The notes under the pieces: model-generated
The model's database searches: none
What the model was told of the DNA's origin: nothing
The model's input: the letters and a program-made list of their open reading frames with translations, nothing else
Shown: in pieces, positions 1-9,623 of the stretch
How positions within the stretch are numbered: position 1 is the stretch's first letter
Layout of the letters: every line of letters starts with the position of its first letter
Translations under genes and position numbers: made by a program
Origin: Candidatus Latescibacterota bacterium
GTDB taxonomy: Bacteria; Latescibacterota; UBA2968; GCA-2709665
Reading direction: 5' to 3'
Length of the DNA stretch: 64,000 nt
Assembly: GCA_965116875.1 (NCBI GenBank)
Contig: OZ220733.1
Location: 3,552,001-3,616,000, forward strand

Positions 1-243
1 GACGACGAACAGCCTGGCCTTGAATCCTTCAGTACTCGAGACGTTCAGTCCTGTTTTTTCTTGCACGTTTTGTACCCGCATGTCGACAGTTGCAATGTCG
101 TGGTTTCGGCTGTTTGTATTCTTGAGTCCATCAAGCCCGGTTTTCGCGAAGAATATTTCAAATGGACCTTGACTCAAGAACTCCTCGAATGCCAATTTGA
201 GGTCGGGCTCGCCAGCTAGAATGAGGACCTTCTGAGGTACCAT
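1..243 (-). CDS. Receiver (REC)-domain protein, N-terminal part; runs off the window edge
   Basis: Manual translation from ATG at 243: MVPQKVLILAGEPDLKLAFEEFLSQGPFEIFFAKTGLDGLKNTNSRNHDIATVDMRV..., open to position 1; follows the REC beta1-alpha1-beta2-alpha2-beta3 pattern. Not in the ORF track because it has no stop in the window. Confidence 0.6.
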   Translation of the reverse strand, partial: MVPQKVLILAGEPDLKLAFEEFLSQGPFEIFFAKTGLDGLKNTNSRNHDIATVDMRVQNVQEKTGLNVSSTEGFKARLFVV

Positions 244-864
244 ATCATGCGTATTCAAAACGTGACTTCTCAGCCGATCCCTTCCTTAAATGAAGCCAAT
301 TGCGCGGATGTCTCAGGACATCCGGTGATCCAAGATTGACATCAAATATCAATTATTCATCTTATTTGTATCCACGATCCCTGACTGCCGTTCAATTAGA
401 GAATATTATAATATCGAATAATCCTCCCGCGCAAATCAAAAAGAATCCTTATATATGTCATATGCTCCGCAAATGTGCACTTCTCTATGTATCCCGTTCA
501 ACGCGAACTGTGCTGTGTCGCATTGTGCGACAGTCTCTTGCATCTGTCACACGAGGGCGATTGTTGGGATGTTCAAACTGTATCAGACAAGGAATCTCAT
601 GGGTTCGTCGCTATCAGAGAAATATAAGTGATACTTCTGTCAGTGAGATTTCACCTGGCTTCAGGACACCGGGGCGACCCTCCTTGACGCTCCATCCACG
701 GCTCATTCATTCTTTCGTCTCATCATTTAATTCTCTTACCGCACGCATTCGGACCGGCTCCTCGACAAAGATGCGTTCAGCACGCCATGGCAAGTCGGGT
801 TGGTGTCCCGCTTCCTGTCAATCTACCCTTGACTTTGTCAATGCCGGGCTATATGATCCGTCTT

Positions 865-2022
865 ATGAGAAAAGGCGTCGCGACGTTCGACGTTGTTGTG
901 GCGGGCCTGGGCGCGATGGGCAGCGCCGCGGTATATCATCTGGCGAAACGCGGAATGCGGGTCGCCGGCTATGACCGGTTCCATCCGCCGCACGACCGCG
1001 GATCCTCGCACGGACACGCGCGGGTGATCCGAGAGGCCTACGCCAGCGGCCCCGGGTACGTGAATCTGATCCGGCGCGCGTACGCGCTCTGGGAAACGCT
1101 GGAAGACGAAAGCGGCGCGGAACTGGTCCGAACGTACGGCCATCTCTCCATGCGGCCGCCTGGCGGGGCCGAACGACTCGGCGTCCTCGAAAGCGCGCGC
1201 GCGTTCGATATTCCCGTCGAACGGGTCTCGGCGGAAGACGTGCGGCGGCGTTATCCGATGTTCCGGGTCGAAGACGGCTGGGAGGGCATCTTCGAGCCCA
1301 GGGCGGGCGCCGTGTTTCCCGAGGCGTGCATCGATGCGCATCTGAGGCTGGCGCAATCCGCCGGGGCAAAGCTGAATTTCGACTGCCCGGTGCTGGACTG
1401 GACCGCGGATGGAAGCGCGGTGCGGGTGAAAACGCGGTCGGGCGAGATCTCGGCCGGCAGGCTCGTCGTCTCAGCGGGCGCCTGGGTCTCCCGGCTGGTG
1501 GCGGGCCTGGCGCTTCCGGTGGAAATCGAACGGATGACGCTGTTTTTCTTTCGGCCATTGCGGAACGCGGGGATGTTCGTGTCCGACCGATGTCCGAACA
1601 ATACCTGGGTGTGCGAGAACGGCGTTTCATTCTACTGTCAGCCGGACTTCGGACGGGGTTTCAAGGCGGCATTGCATTGCGGGCGCGCCGGGGTTGACCC
1701 GGACGCCCTCGACCGGAACACGTCCTCGGACGACGAGGCTCAGATTCGTCCGCTCGTGGAGCGGTTCATTCCGGATGCGGCGGGGCCCGTTGTCGAAAGC
1801 CACGTGTGCATGTATACCAATCTTCCGGATACCAGATGGATTGTGGATTGCCATCCCGAAAACGAGCGGGTGATGATCGCTTCGCCGTGTTCCGGACATG
1901 GGTTTAAATTCTCGTCCGTGATTGGGGAGATTGTGGCAAAGACGTGCATGGGCGAAACCGATGCGGCGGATCCCGGGATATTCGGCATCGCGCCGCTCCT
2001 GGCGGGAGGATCGCGAACGTGA
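865..2022 (+). CDS. solA: N-methyl-L-tryptophan oxidase / monomeric sarcosine oxidase family flavoprotein
   Basis: FDVVVAGLGAMGSA FAD motif, GSSHGHARVIR, CMYTNLPD (covalent-FAD Cys region), CSGHGFKF. Start moved from 787 to ATG 865 (uncertain). Confidence 0.85.
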   Translation: MRKGVATFDVVVAGLGAMGSAAVYHLAKRGMRVAGYDRFHPPHDRGSSHGHARVIREAYASGPGYVNLIRRAYALWETLEDESGAELVRTYGHLSMRPPGGAERLGVLESARAFDIPVERVSAEDVRRRYPMFRVEDGWEGIFEPRAGAVFPEACIDAHLRLAQSAGAKLNFDCPVLDWTADGSAVRVKTRSGEISAGRLVVSAGAWVSRLVAGLALPVEIERMTLFFFRPLRNAGMFVSDRCPNNTWVCENGVSFYCQPDFGRGFKAALHCGRAGVDPDALDRNTSSDDEAQIRPLVERFIPDAAGPVVESHVCMYTNLPDTRWIVDCHPENERVMIASPCSGHGFKFSSVIGEIVAKTCMGETDAADPGIFGIAPLLAGGSRT

Positions 2023-2990
2023 CGATTCAGGACCACGTATCGTGGGCGGATTTCAATGACGACACACTGCGGTTTTCGCGGGCGATCGGCGCGGACATGA
2101 TCTGCCTGGACGTTCGCGCGATGCACAGGCTGGATCCCTCCATGGACCTGCGCGACGGCCGGGACAGCCGCCCGTTTTTCGAAGCGGCCAGGAAGAAGGT
2201 GGAAGCCCACGGAATGGCGCTGTTCAGCGTCTTCATGGCGGGATGGGACGAACTGGCGTTCGGCCTTCCGGACCGGGACGAAAAGCTTGAGGCGTGGTGC
2301 CGCATGCTGCGCTGTCTGGGCGAGGTTGGCATACCCGCGCTGGGCTACAACTTCAAACCCATGGGCAACTTCCGTACGGCCTCGACGCCCCCGGGCCGGG
2401 GCGGCTCCCGATACAGCACGTTCGATTACGAGGCGTTCTCAAAGAACAGGCCAAATCCGCACGATCCTCCTGTAGACGAGGCGGAGATCTGGGCGAACAT
2501 GAAGCGTTTTCTGGAGGTTGCCGTACCGGTGGCGGAGGAGGCGGGGGTGAGGATGGCGCTCCACCCCGATGATCCGCCCATCCCGGAGCCGCTCGGCGGC
2601 GTTGCGCAGATCGTGTCCACGCTGGAACAATACCGGCGAATCTTCGCGGCCGCGCCGGGTGACGGCAACGGGATGTTGTTCTGCCAGGGCTGCGTGACCG
2701 AAATGGGCGTGGACGTCTACGAGACCATCCGTGAGATGGGGCTTCGCAACAAGATCGTATTCGTGCATTTCAGGAACGTGCGCGGGGCCCTTCCCAGCTT
2801 CCAGGAAGTGTTTCTGGATGAAGGCGACGTGGATATGCGCAGGGCGATGGAGGTGTACAGGGAGGTCGGGTTCAACGGGCCGTTCATGATGGATCATACG
2901 CCGGGTATCCCCGGCGACGAGAAATCCAGGGCCGGGCACGCGTTTGCGGTAGGATATATCCGGGCGCTGATACAAACGGTCTATGAGTAG
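2019..2990 (+). CDS. Mannonate dehydratase (UxuA)-family protein
   Basis: GYNFKP, MALHPDDPP, FCQG, HFRNVRG, MDHTP, AFAVGYIRAL motifs; GTG start overlaps the solA stop, with GGAGGA RBS. Confidence 0.8.
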   Translation: MTIQDHVSWADFNDDTLRFSRAIGADMICLDVRAMHRLDPSMDLRDGRDSRPFFEAARKKVEAHGMALFSVFMAGWDELAFGLPDRDEKLEAWCRMLRCLGEVGIPALGYNFKPMGNFRTASTPPGRGGSRYSTFDYEAFSKNRPNPHDPPVDEAEIWANMKRFLEVAVPVAEEAGVRMALHPDDPPIPEPLGGVAQIVSTLEQYRRIFAAAPGDGNGMLFCQGCVTEMGVDVYETIREMGLRNKIVFVHFRNVRGALPSFQEVFLDEGDVDMRRAMEVYREVGFNGPFMMDHTPGIPGDEKSRAGHAFAVGYIRALIQTVYE

Positions 2991-3024
2991 CGTTTATCGG
3001 TTACTTAAACGGGAGGACATTCAA

Positions 3025-3978
3025 ATGTACATCCAGGAACAGCTTCCGTGGGACCAGATCAACGACGATACGCTGAGTTTCTTCAAAGCGATCGGCGTGG
3101 ACTACCTCACGGTGAACAGCATACCTCACGATGTGCGTGAGGGCACGGATCGTACGGAACTCTGGCGGGACGTGAAGACGTTGGCCGAATCCCACGGGTT
3201 GAAGTTGACGAACCTGGCGGCAACGGGTTGGGACGAAATATCGCTCGCGCTGGATGACCGCGACGAGAAGATCGAGGCCTGGTGCCAGCTGTTGCGGAGC
3301 ATGGGCGAGGTCGGCGTTCCCACGCTGGGGTACAATTTCAAGCCGGCGGGGAATTTTCGAACCGCATCCGTACCCCCGGGCAGAGGGGGCGCCAGATACA
3401 GTACGTTCGATTACGAGAAGATGATGGAGGACCCGCCGTACTATCCGGACAAGGCCATCTCGGAGGAGAAGATCCTGGAGAATATCCAATACTTCCTGGA
3501 ACGCGTCATCCCGGTGGCGGAAGAGAACGGCGTTCGAATGGCGTTGCATCCCGACGATCCCCCGATTCCGGAACCCCTGGCCGGCGCCGCCAGGATCGTG
3601 TCCACCCTCGAACAGTATCATCACATCTTCGATATGGTCCCCAGCCGCAGCAACGCCATGTTGTTCTGTCAGGGCTGCGTCGCGGAGATGGGCGTGAACG
3701 TGTGCGACGCCATCCGGGATATCGGGGGCCGCGACAAGATCGTGTACGTGCATTTCCGGAATATCCGGGGCGGTCCCAGGAGTTTCCAGGAGGTTTTCGT
3801 GGACGAGGGAGACCAGGATATGTACGAGGCGATGCAGACCTATAAGGAAGTGGGTTTCGAGGGACCGTTCATGATGGACCATACGCCCGGTTTCCCGAAT
3901 ACGGATTCCACGTTCTGGGCGGGGCGCGCGTTTGCCGTCGGGTATATGCGGGCGTTGATCCAGGCCGTATATCGTTAA
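3025..3978 (+). CDS. Mannonate dehydratase (UxuA)-family protein, tandem paralog
   Basis: Same motifs (MALHPDDPP, HFRNIRG, MDHTP); ATG 3025 after GGAGGA. Confidence 0.8.
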   Translation: MYIQEQLPWDQINDDTLSFFKAIGVDYLTVNSIPHDVREGTDRTELWRDVKTLAESHGLKLTNLAATGWDEISLALDDRDEKIEAWCQLLRSMGEVGVPTLGYNFKPAGNFRTASVPPGRGGARYSTFDYEKMMEDPPYYPDKAISEEKILENIQYFLERVIPVAEENGVRMALHPDDPPIPEPLAGAARIVSTLEQYHHIFDMVPSRSNAMLFCQGCVAEMGVNVCDAIRDIGGRDKIVYVHFRNIRGGPRSFQEVFVDEGDQDMYEAMQTYKEVGFEGPFMMDHTPGFPNTDSTFWAGRAFAVGYMRALIQAVYR

Positions 3979-4021
3979 CCGATCGGTGTCCGGGCCCTGA
4001 CGGGCTGCACTGGAGGCGAGC

Positions 4022-5032
4022 ATGGCGAAGCGACGGAAGGAAGCAGAGACAATGGAGACCGGGAGCAAGAAGACCGTTCGCGTGGCGATGATCGGGGCGG
4101 GAGGACGCGCGACCAGCGCGCATTACCCCTCGCTCAAGGCACTGGAAGGCGTCGACATGGTTGCGATGTCGGAGCTGAGTGAACAGAGGATGGCCAATGC
4201 GGCCGAGCGGTTCGGCATTCCGGGGCAGTATTCGGATTACCGGCGGATGATCGAGAAGGAGAATCCGGATGCCGTCTACGCCATCATGCCGCCCCATCAC
4301 CTGTACGATATCGCGGCGACGGTGATGGAGGCGGGCTGCCATCTGTTTATTGAAAAACCCCCCGCGATGACAACCGAGCAGACCCGGCAGATGGCGCTGA
4401 TTGCACAGAAGCAAGACGTACTCACCGGCGTGACCTTCCAGAGGCGGTTCGCACCCGTTATCCGGTACGGGAAGGAACGCTGCGAAAGAAGAGGGGCCGT
4501 CCACAGCGCCGTGGCCACGTTCTACAAGAATGCCGTGGGCGGCGCGCCGTATTACAGGGGAGCGATCGATATCCTCACGTCCGACGCCATTCACGCTGTG
4601 GACACGCTCCGCTATCTGTGCGGCGGCGAGGTGGAATCCGTGGCCAGCGACGTCCGGCGGGAGGGCGCAACACATACCAACATATACCTTGCGCTGGTGA
4701 AGTTCAGCTCGGGCGCGACCGGCGTGCTGCTCACCAACTGGATGACGGGGCGACGTATCTTCTCCGTGGAAATCCATTCCCCCGGCATTTCGGTATTCGG
4801 GGATCCGGAAGAAGGCGGGCGGGTGTTCGCGGACAACAAGGACGAACCCGTGGAATTGCTCGATCCTTTCCGCCTCGGCGGCGGGGACGACACGTGGCGC
4901 GCGTACGGCGCGTACGACATCAACCGCCATTTTATCGAATGTGTCAGAGACGGGCAACAGCCGGAGACGTGTTTCGAGGATGCGGTGAAGACAATGGATC
5001 TGGTGGACCAAATCTATCAGTCGCAGATTTGA
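4022..5032 (+). CDS. Gfo/Idh/MocA family oxidoreductase
   Basis: VAMIGAGG Rossmann motif, FIEKPPA, DAIHAVD. Confidence 0.85.
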   Translation: MAKRRKEAETMETGSKKTVRVAMIGAGGRATSAHYPSLKALEGVDMVAMSELSEQRMANAAERFGIPGQYSDYRRMIEKENPDAVYAIMPPHHLYDIAATVMEAGCHLFIEKPPAMTTEQTRQMALIAQKQDVLTGVTFQRRFAPVIRYGKERCERRGAVHSAVATFYKNAVGGAPYYRGAIDILTSDAIHAVDTLRYLCGGEVESVASDVRREGATHTNIYLALVKFSSGATGVLLTNWMTGRRIFSVEIHSPGISVFGDPEEGGRVFADNKDEPVELLDPFRLGGGDDTWRAYGAYDINRHFIECVRDGQQPETCFEDAVKTMDLVDQIYQSQI

Positions 5033-5041
5033 CGTCGTTTG

Positions 5042-5068
5042 GTAGCGCGAATTGCAAATTCGCGTTAT
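5042..5068 (+). repeat. GTAG-type REP-like palindrome (family R2)
   Basis: GTAGCGCGAATT-GCA-AATTCGCGTTAT hairpin; second copy at 5921. Confidence 0.55.
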
Positions 5069-5096
5069 GTCACGATTACCGGCGGAAAGGATTGAC

Positions 5097-5924
5097 ATGA
5101 AATACATCATGTTCACGAAACACCTGGAGGGCCTGGACGTGCCCGGCATAATCGCCGCGTTGAAATCGGTTGGCGTGGAAGGCGCGGACCTCTGCGTCCG
5201 ACCGGGTTATCCGGTACATCCGGAGAACGTCGAAACGGCCCTGCCGGACGCTGCCAGGCGGTTTGCCGATGAAGGACTGTCCATCCCTCTGGTCACCACG
5301 CCGGGTGACTTCACCAGGCCGGACCTGGACTACGCGGACCGTCTGTACGCGGCCTGCGGCGAAGCCGGCGTGGGTCATATCAAACTGGGGTACTGGCACT
5401 GGTCGGCGGGGATGGATTACTGGGAGGAACTGGACGCGGTGCGCGGGCACCTCGAAGGATTCCAGAGCCTGTCGGAGAAACACGGGGTCCAGACCGTGGT
5501 GCACAACCACTCCGGGCTCTCGATGGGGCTCAACTCCTGCGCGGCCATGAACGCGGTCAAGGGCTTCGATCCACGGCAAATCGGCGTGTTCGCCGATCCG
5601 GGGCACCTTTCCATCTGCGGGGAGCCGATTGAACTGGCGTTGAACATCGTCCGGTCGCACCTGTCGGTGGTGGCGCTGAAGGACCTGATCCGCCAGCCGC
5701 AGGTACAGAACGGCAGGACAACCTGGCGCACACGCGTCGTCCGGCTTGGCGAGGGATACGGAGACTGGCCGGCTTTGCTGCGCGCGTTCAGCGCGGTCAA
5801 CTTCGACGGACCCCTGAGCTTCCACAGCGAATACAGCGGGGAACCGGTGGACACGGTGATCGATCTGGCCAGATCGGACGTGCGGTTTTTCAATGCGCTC
5901 CGGAACGCGGGATCAAACCGGTAG
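5097..5924 (+). CDS. Sugar phosphate isomerase/epimerase (xylose isomerase-like TIM barrel)
   Basis: MFTKHL, DLCVRPG, HNHSG, DPGH, LKD, SFHSEY motifs. Confidence 0.75.
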   Translation: MKYIMFTKHLEGLDVPGIIAALKSVGVEGADLCVRPGYPVHPENVETALPDAARRFADEGLSIPLVTTPGDFTRPDLDYADRLYAACGEAGVGHIKLGYWHWSAGMDYWEELDAVRGHLEGFQSLSEKHGVQTVVHNHSGLSMGLNSCAAMNAVKGFDPRQIGVFADPGHLSICGEPIELALNIVRSHLSVVALKDLIRQPQVQNGRTTWRTRVVRLGEGYGDWPALLRAFSAVNFDGPLSFHSEYSGEPVDTVIDLARSDVRFFNALRNAGSNR

Positions 5925-5947
5925 CGCGAATTGTCAGTTCGCGTTAC
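5921..5947 (+). repeat. GTAG-type REP-like palindrome (family R2) overlapping two convergent stop codons
   Basis: GTAGCGCGAATTGTCAGTTCGCGTTAC contains the TAG stop at 5922-5924 and the minus-strand TGA stop at 5934-5936. Confidence 0.55.
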
Positions 5948-8900
5948 CGGCCAGAACCGCCCTGCAATTCGCCCGGACCCGGAATCGCCCGTCTTGTTGG
6001 CGGAAAGCCGTGGCTGACGGCGTGACCTCTACCGTGTCTCCCGGCCCGACGTCGTAGAGATAGGCGACGTCGCCAATCCTGAACCCGGCGGTGAGGTCGT
6101 GTCTGCCCACCAGCCGGATGCCTGCATCCCGACGGACGCCGGGCGCGTGCGGAGCGAGTTCCACGTCCTCAACGGGAAGCCAGAATTCGTGGTCCCGGTC
6201 CGTGAGCCACGCGCCCCGGTAGTACCCCTGCGCCGCCATATACAGGTTGGTCTTCGTTGAGAGGCCGGTTCCATCCGGGTTGACACCCGTAATGACGAAG
6301 CGCCCGACCCGGAAACTGTCGGCGCTGAACCGGATGCGATAGCGCCTGCCTCTTCCTTCCACGGAAGTGATGTTGTACGCCGCCCGGCGGCGGGCGTTTC
6401 CGATGCGGGCGACGTTACCCTTGAGAGCCGCCTTGCGAAAGGCCAGGCTGTCGCGATCGCGTTCAACGGTAATGGTGGAAGACCCCGGATCGACTTCCGC
6501 GACCCGCCCCGATAGCGGACCTGAAATGGACAGGACGTGACCGCCGGCGCTGATGCTTCCCTGGCCGGACTGGTGCAGGGAGACCAGCCTCCCCTCAGTA
6601 TCGTGTCGAACCAATCCGAGGCTGCTGCCCGACGGACCGAGGGTGTGACGGATCGTATCTTCGCCGTATTGATGGCCGACCCGCAGCGCGAGTGCCTCGC
6701 CGCCGGCATCCAGTTGCTCTACTTCGTGGACCTTTCTTGTGTCCTTGAAGGGTTCGTGTACGGCCACGAAGCGGCTGGCCGCGCCTTCAGAGTCGTTCCG
6801 GAGCAGCACGTACGTCAGTTGTTTCGGGTTGCCTGGCTTCCTGGGGGGGTCACCGTGGGCGACAATGACCTCGTCCGAGGGCAGGAAGGTGCTATTCAGG
6901 CCGATGCCGCTTTTCATCTCGCGCCAGCTTGAGGACCACGCCGCGGTCGGATTCCCGCGCCGCGCGTCGTACAGATAGGAATAGCCGCCCCCCCGGTACG
7001 TGTAATACGAGCGTCCCTTCCTCAACGGATCGGTGAGGCCGTCGTCGTCGTAGATGGCGCCGAAGGGCACGTCCCGGCCGGCAAGCGTTCCCTGCTTCTG
7101 CGGCGGGGTAAGCGTGATTTCATTGGCGGAAAACTCGCCTTCGAACCCGTGCAGGCTGTAGTCGTGCCGCGTTCCACCCGCCACGCGGAAGCAGTCCAGG
7201 ACGTAGCGGGCGTCCTTTGCAATTTCGACCAGCGCGAGCGTCCGCCGGTATTCAGACGTATGGTGATAGGTCTCAGGGGCGTCAACCTGCACCCAGGTCA
7301 GGCCTCGCGCCGTCACGAATTGCTCCAGTCTGCCGGGACCCTGCGTATCCTGCCGGCGACCGTCCACGACGACCGTGGCGTGCGCCAGCGTGTTCTTCGT
7401 CCATACCGCGGGACGGTCTCCCTCCGCGGCGTGTTCGCCGTAGCCGAGGTCGGGGATGAGTTTCCGGCCGTACGCGAAGAGTTCGACGTTGAGACGGTCG
7501 AAATGCGCGTGCTCGGTGGCCGCCCTTCCATAATAAAGCGCAACGGCCGCACGCTCGCGGCCTCTTCCCGATCGCAGCAGGGCCAGGCCGAAGCCGCCCA
7601 TCAGCCGGCTTTCGGCGGCCATCTCCTTCAGTTCGGCGGCGCCGTCCGCGTGCGGCGGCGGCGGTTCCACCGCTTCCTCCAGCAGCGACTCGAAGCTGTT
7701 GAATCCGTTCGACTGCCGCCGAAGAAGCTCGCCGATGAAGGCGTCTCCCGTAGCCCTGTACGCGGTTCGCAGGGTCTCGGCGCCGAGGGAAACGTGGCCC
7801 CCGGTTGTCGTCCCGGCATCGCCGATGCACGGGGTGAAGCGGTCCAGGCACGTCATTTCCTCGGACCAGCGGTACATGCGCCTGAATTTGGGCCTGTCCC
7901 AGATCCGTACGCCCTGCTCTTCCAGAAGTCGGGCGATGACCGTGAGGTGCGTGACCCAGCTGCTGTTATAGCTGGGGGAACTCTCCCACCCCATGCCTTC
8001 CCGGAAGATCAGGTTGTCCAGGGCAAAGTTGGTCCCTTCCGCATGGGCGGCCTTGTCGCGAAAGATGTACCCGTCGAAATGGGTGAGCATCTCCTTCAGT
8101 TCCGTTGCTTCCCCCGTATTGTTCAACGTCCAATCTACGGCCCTGGCGATCTCATTCCGGTCTCCCGAGGCGAGCGCGGCGATCAACAGGGCTTCCTGGT
8201 GCCCGCCGTAGTTGCTCCGGACGTGGCCCCGATAGATTCCGTCGAGGCTTGCCCCGATGACGCCCGATTCGATCTTCCGCCGGAATCCGTCGGCGTCTGA
8301 ACCGAAGACGGGGTCGCCGGGGATGGCGTCGCGGACGGCGTCCAGCGCGTGGCAGAGTTGCCGAACGGTCCCGGATTCAGAAATGAGATCGTTCATCTTT
8401 CCGGTATAGCCGGGAGAGAATTCCAGGGCGTACATGGATTGGCTGCTGTAGTCCATGTGCGGATAGATTTCGGCCAGACGGTCCAGAATGACCAGCGCTT
8501 TGTGTGCGTACCGGCCGTCCCCGGTGAGCAGATAGGCCTGTGAAAGGGCCGTGAGGCCGGAAACGACCGCATTCCACGTGCTGCAGCAGCAGTAGGCGAT
8601 GAACCAGTGGCGGAAAGGACCGTCGTCGCCCCGCCAGCCCCATCCGTCGTCGGCGTACGGGCCGGTGAGCAGGCTGCGGTCTTCCATGCCGCTCCGGTAG
8701 AATGCCTCAAAATCATTGCTGGGATAGGATTCGCCGCCCACGGCGCAGGTGACGCGCCATCTGTCCTTGAAGGGATCGTGTATCCATCCGCCCTGTGCAT
8801 ATCCACCGTACCCATTCGGACCGCTGCCGTGGACGGGGCAGCCGCTGACGAAGTTGATGGTCCAGCTGCGCGGCACTTCAGGGCCGGGCATCAGCTCGCG

Positions 8901-9032
8901 GATGGTGTCCCGATCGCGGTCCAGCCACGGATCCGCCTGGGTAAGGATACGCCCGGCGACTTTGCTCGCGCCGGGGTCATCCGCCGCGCGTTGCCGGGCA
9001 AGTTGGATCTGTTGCTGTGTGTAGAGATTCAC
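5934..9032 (-). CDS. Heparinase II/III-like protein (helical N-domain plus beta-sandwich), probable oligosaccharide lyase
   Basis: GMGWESSPSYN, HAHFDRLNVELFAYGRKLIPDLGY, NTLAHATVVVDG motifs; GTG start at 9032 with GGAG RBS. Confidence 0.7.
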   Translation of the reverse strand: MNLYTQQQIQLARQRAADDPGASKVAGRILTQADPWLDRDRDTIRELMPGPEVPRSWTINFVSGCPVHGSGPNGYGGYAQGGWIHDPFKDRWRVTCAVGGESYPSNDFEAFYRSGMEDRSLLTGPYADDGWGWRGDDGPFRHWFIAYCCCSTWNAVVSGLTALSQAYLLTGDGRYAHKALVILDRLAEIYPHMDYSSQSMYALEFSPGYTGKMNDLISESGTVRQLCHALDAVRDAIPGDPVFGSDADGFRRKIESGVIGASLDGIYRGHVRSNYGGHQEALLIAALASGDRNEIARAVDWTLNNTGEATELKEMLTHFDGYIFRDKAAHAEGTNFALDNLIFREGMGWESSPSYNSSWVTHLTVIARLLEEQGVRIWDRPKFRRMYRWSEEMTCLDRFTPCIGDAGTTTGGHVSLGAETLRTAYRATGDAFIGELLRRQSNGFNSFESLLEEAVEPPPPHADGAAELKEMAAESRLMGGFGLALLRSGRGRERAAVALYYGRAATEHAHFDRLNVELFAYGRKLIPDLGYGEHAAEGDRPAVWTKNTLAHATVVVDGRRQDTQGPGRLEQFVTARGLTWVQVDAPETYHHTSEYRRTLALVEIAKDARYVLDCFRVAGGTRHDYSLHGFEGEFSANEITLTPPQKQGTLAGRDVPFGAIYDDDGLTDPLRKGRSYYTYRGGGYSYLYDARRGNPTAAWSSSWREMKSGIGLNSTFLPSDEVIVAHGDPPRKPGNPKQLTYVLLRNDSEGAASRFVAVHEPFKDTRKVHEVEQLDAGGEALALRVGHQYGEDTIRHTLGPSGSSLGLVRHDTEGRLVSLHQSGQGSISAGGHVLSISGPLSGRVAEVDPGSSTITVERDRDSLAFRKAALKGNVARIGNARRRAAYNITSVEGRGRRYRIRFSADSFRVGRFVITGVNPDGTGLSTKTNLYMAAQGYYRGAWLTDRDHEFWLPVEDVELAPHAPGVRRDAGIRLVGRHDLTAGFRIGDVAYLYDVGPGDTVEVTPSATAFRQQDGRFRVRANCRAVLAGNAN

Positions 9033-9231
9033 CTGGGCTCCTTTTCGATTTGGCGACAGCGGCGGTCGTTTGGTTCCTCTCCGTTGAACAAGCGCCAGCG
9101 CGCCTTCGGACGTCGATGATCGGCCCAACAGTATTTCGAAAGCGAGGTGAATTCGCAAGCGCAATTTCGACCGCCGGAACGACATGGCCAGGGCGCTTCG
9201 GAACGAGGACGTCGGGCTGAACGTCAGTTAG

Positions 9232-9421
9232 CCTCAATTGCGCAAAAGCCGCAACGCGGCACCACGACGAAACCTTTCGAAACGGGCCGAAATGGTCGTC
9301 ATGAAGGACATTTTTTCCGTTCACGTACAGTGTCCTGGTGTATCCTGGAAATCAGCAGTTAAATCGCCTTTTTAACTGACACATGTTCGAATTAACGTCC
9401 TCGAAAAATGAGGAATCAAGG
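9232..9421. mobile_element. MITE-like dispersed repeat, family M2 (about 190 bp)
   Basis: Homologous to 26002-26192 and, inverted and partial, to 30337-30419; imperfect terminal IRs CCTCAATTGC / GGAATCAAGG; TTAG on both flanks. Confidence 0.65.
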
Positions 9422-9484
9422 TTAGTCGCCGCTTGCCGAAGCGCTTGACGGTTGGCGCCATATTTGATAAATAGTCACTGCTGT

Positions 9485-9530
9485 ACAGGAAGATTCGGAA
9501 AGACGAACCTGGACGGGTGTGACCGTCTGT
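9485..9530 (+). ncRNA. Small structured RNA motif resembling Acido-Lenti-1
   Basis: ACAG...CTGT outer pair enclosing hairpins TTCG-GAAAGA-CGAA and GACGG-GTGTGA-CCGTC; match to the Rfam motif is from memory only. Confidence 0.45.
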
Positions 9531-9623
9531 GTTCTTGTGCCATCTGTGGCCAATGTCTTTTGGCGGCAAACCGGCAGAGCGGGACGATTGCCGCAACAAA
9601 CGCGAACTCCAGGAAAAACCTCT

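Noticed and set aside
300-974. 224-aa ORF across the AT-rich spacer
   Set aside because: No recognisable motifs, atypical composition, and it overlaps solA in another frame.
9564-9595. GGCAAACC...GGGACG resembling a c-di-GMP-I riboswitch
   Set aside because: It lacks the following GCAAAG, the GNRA loop and the second stem.
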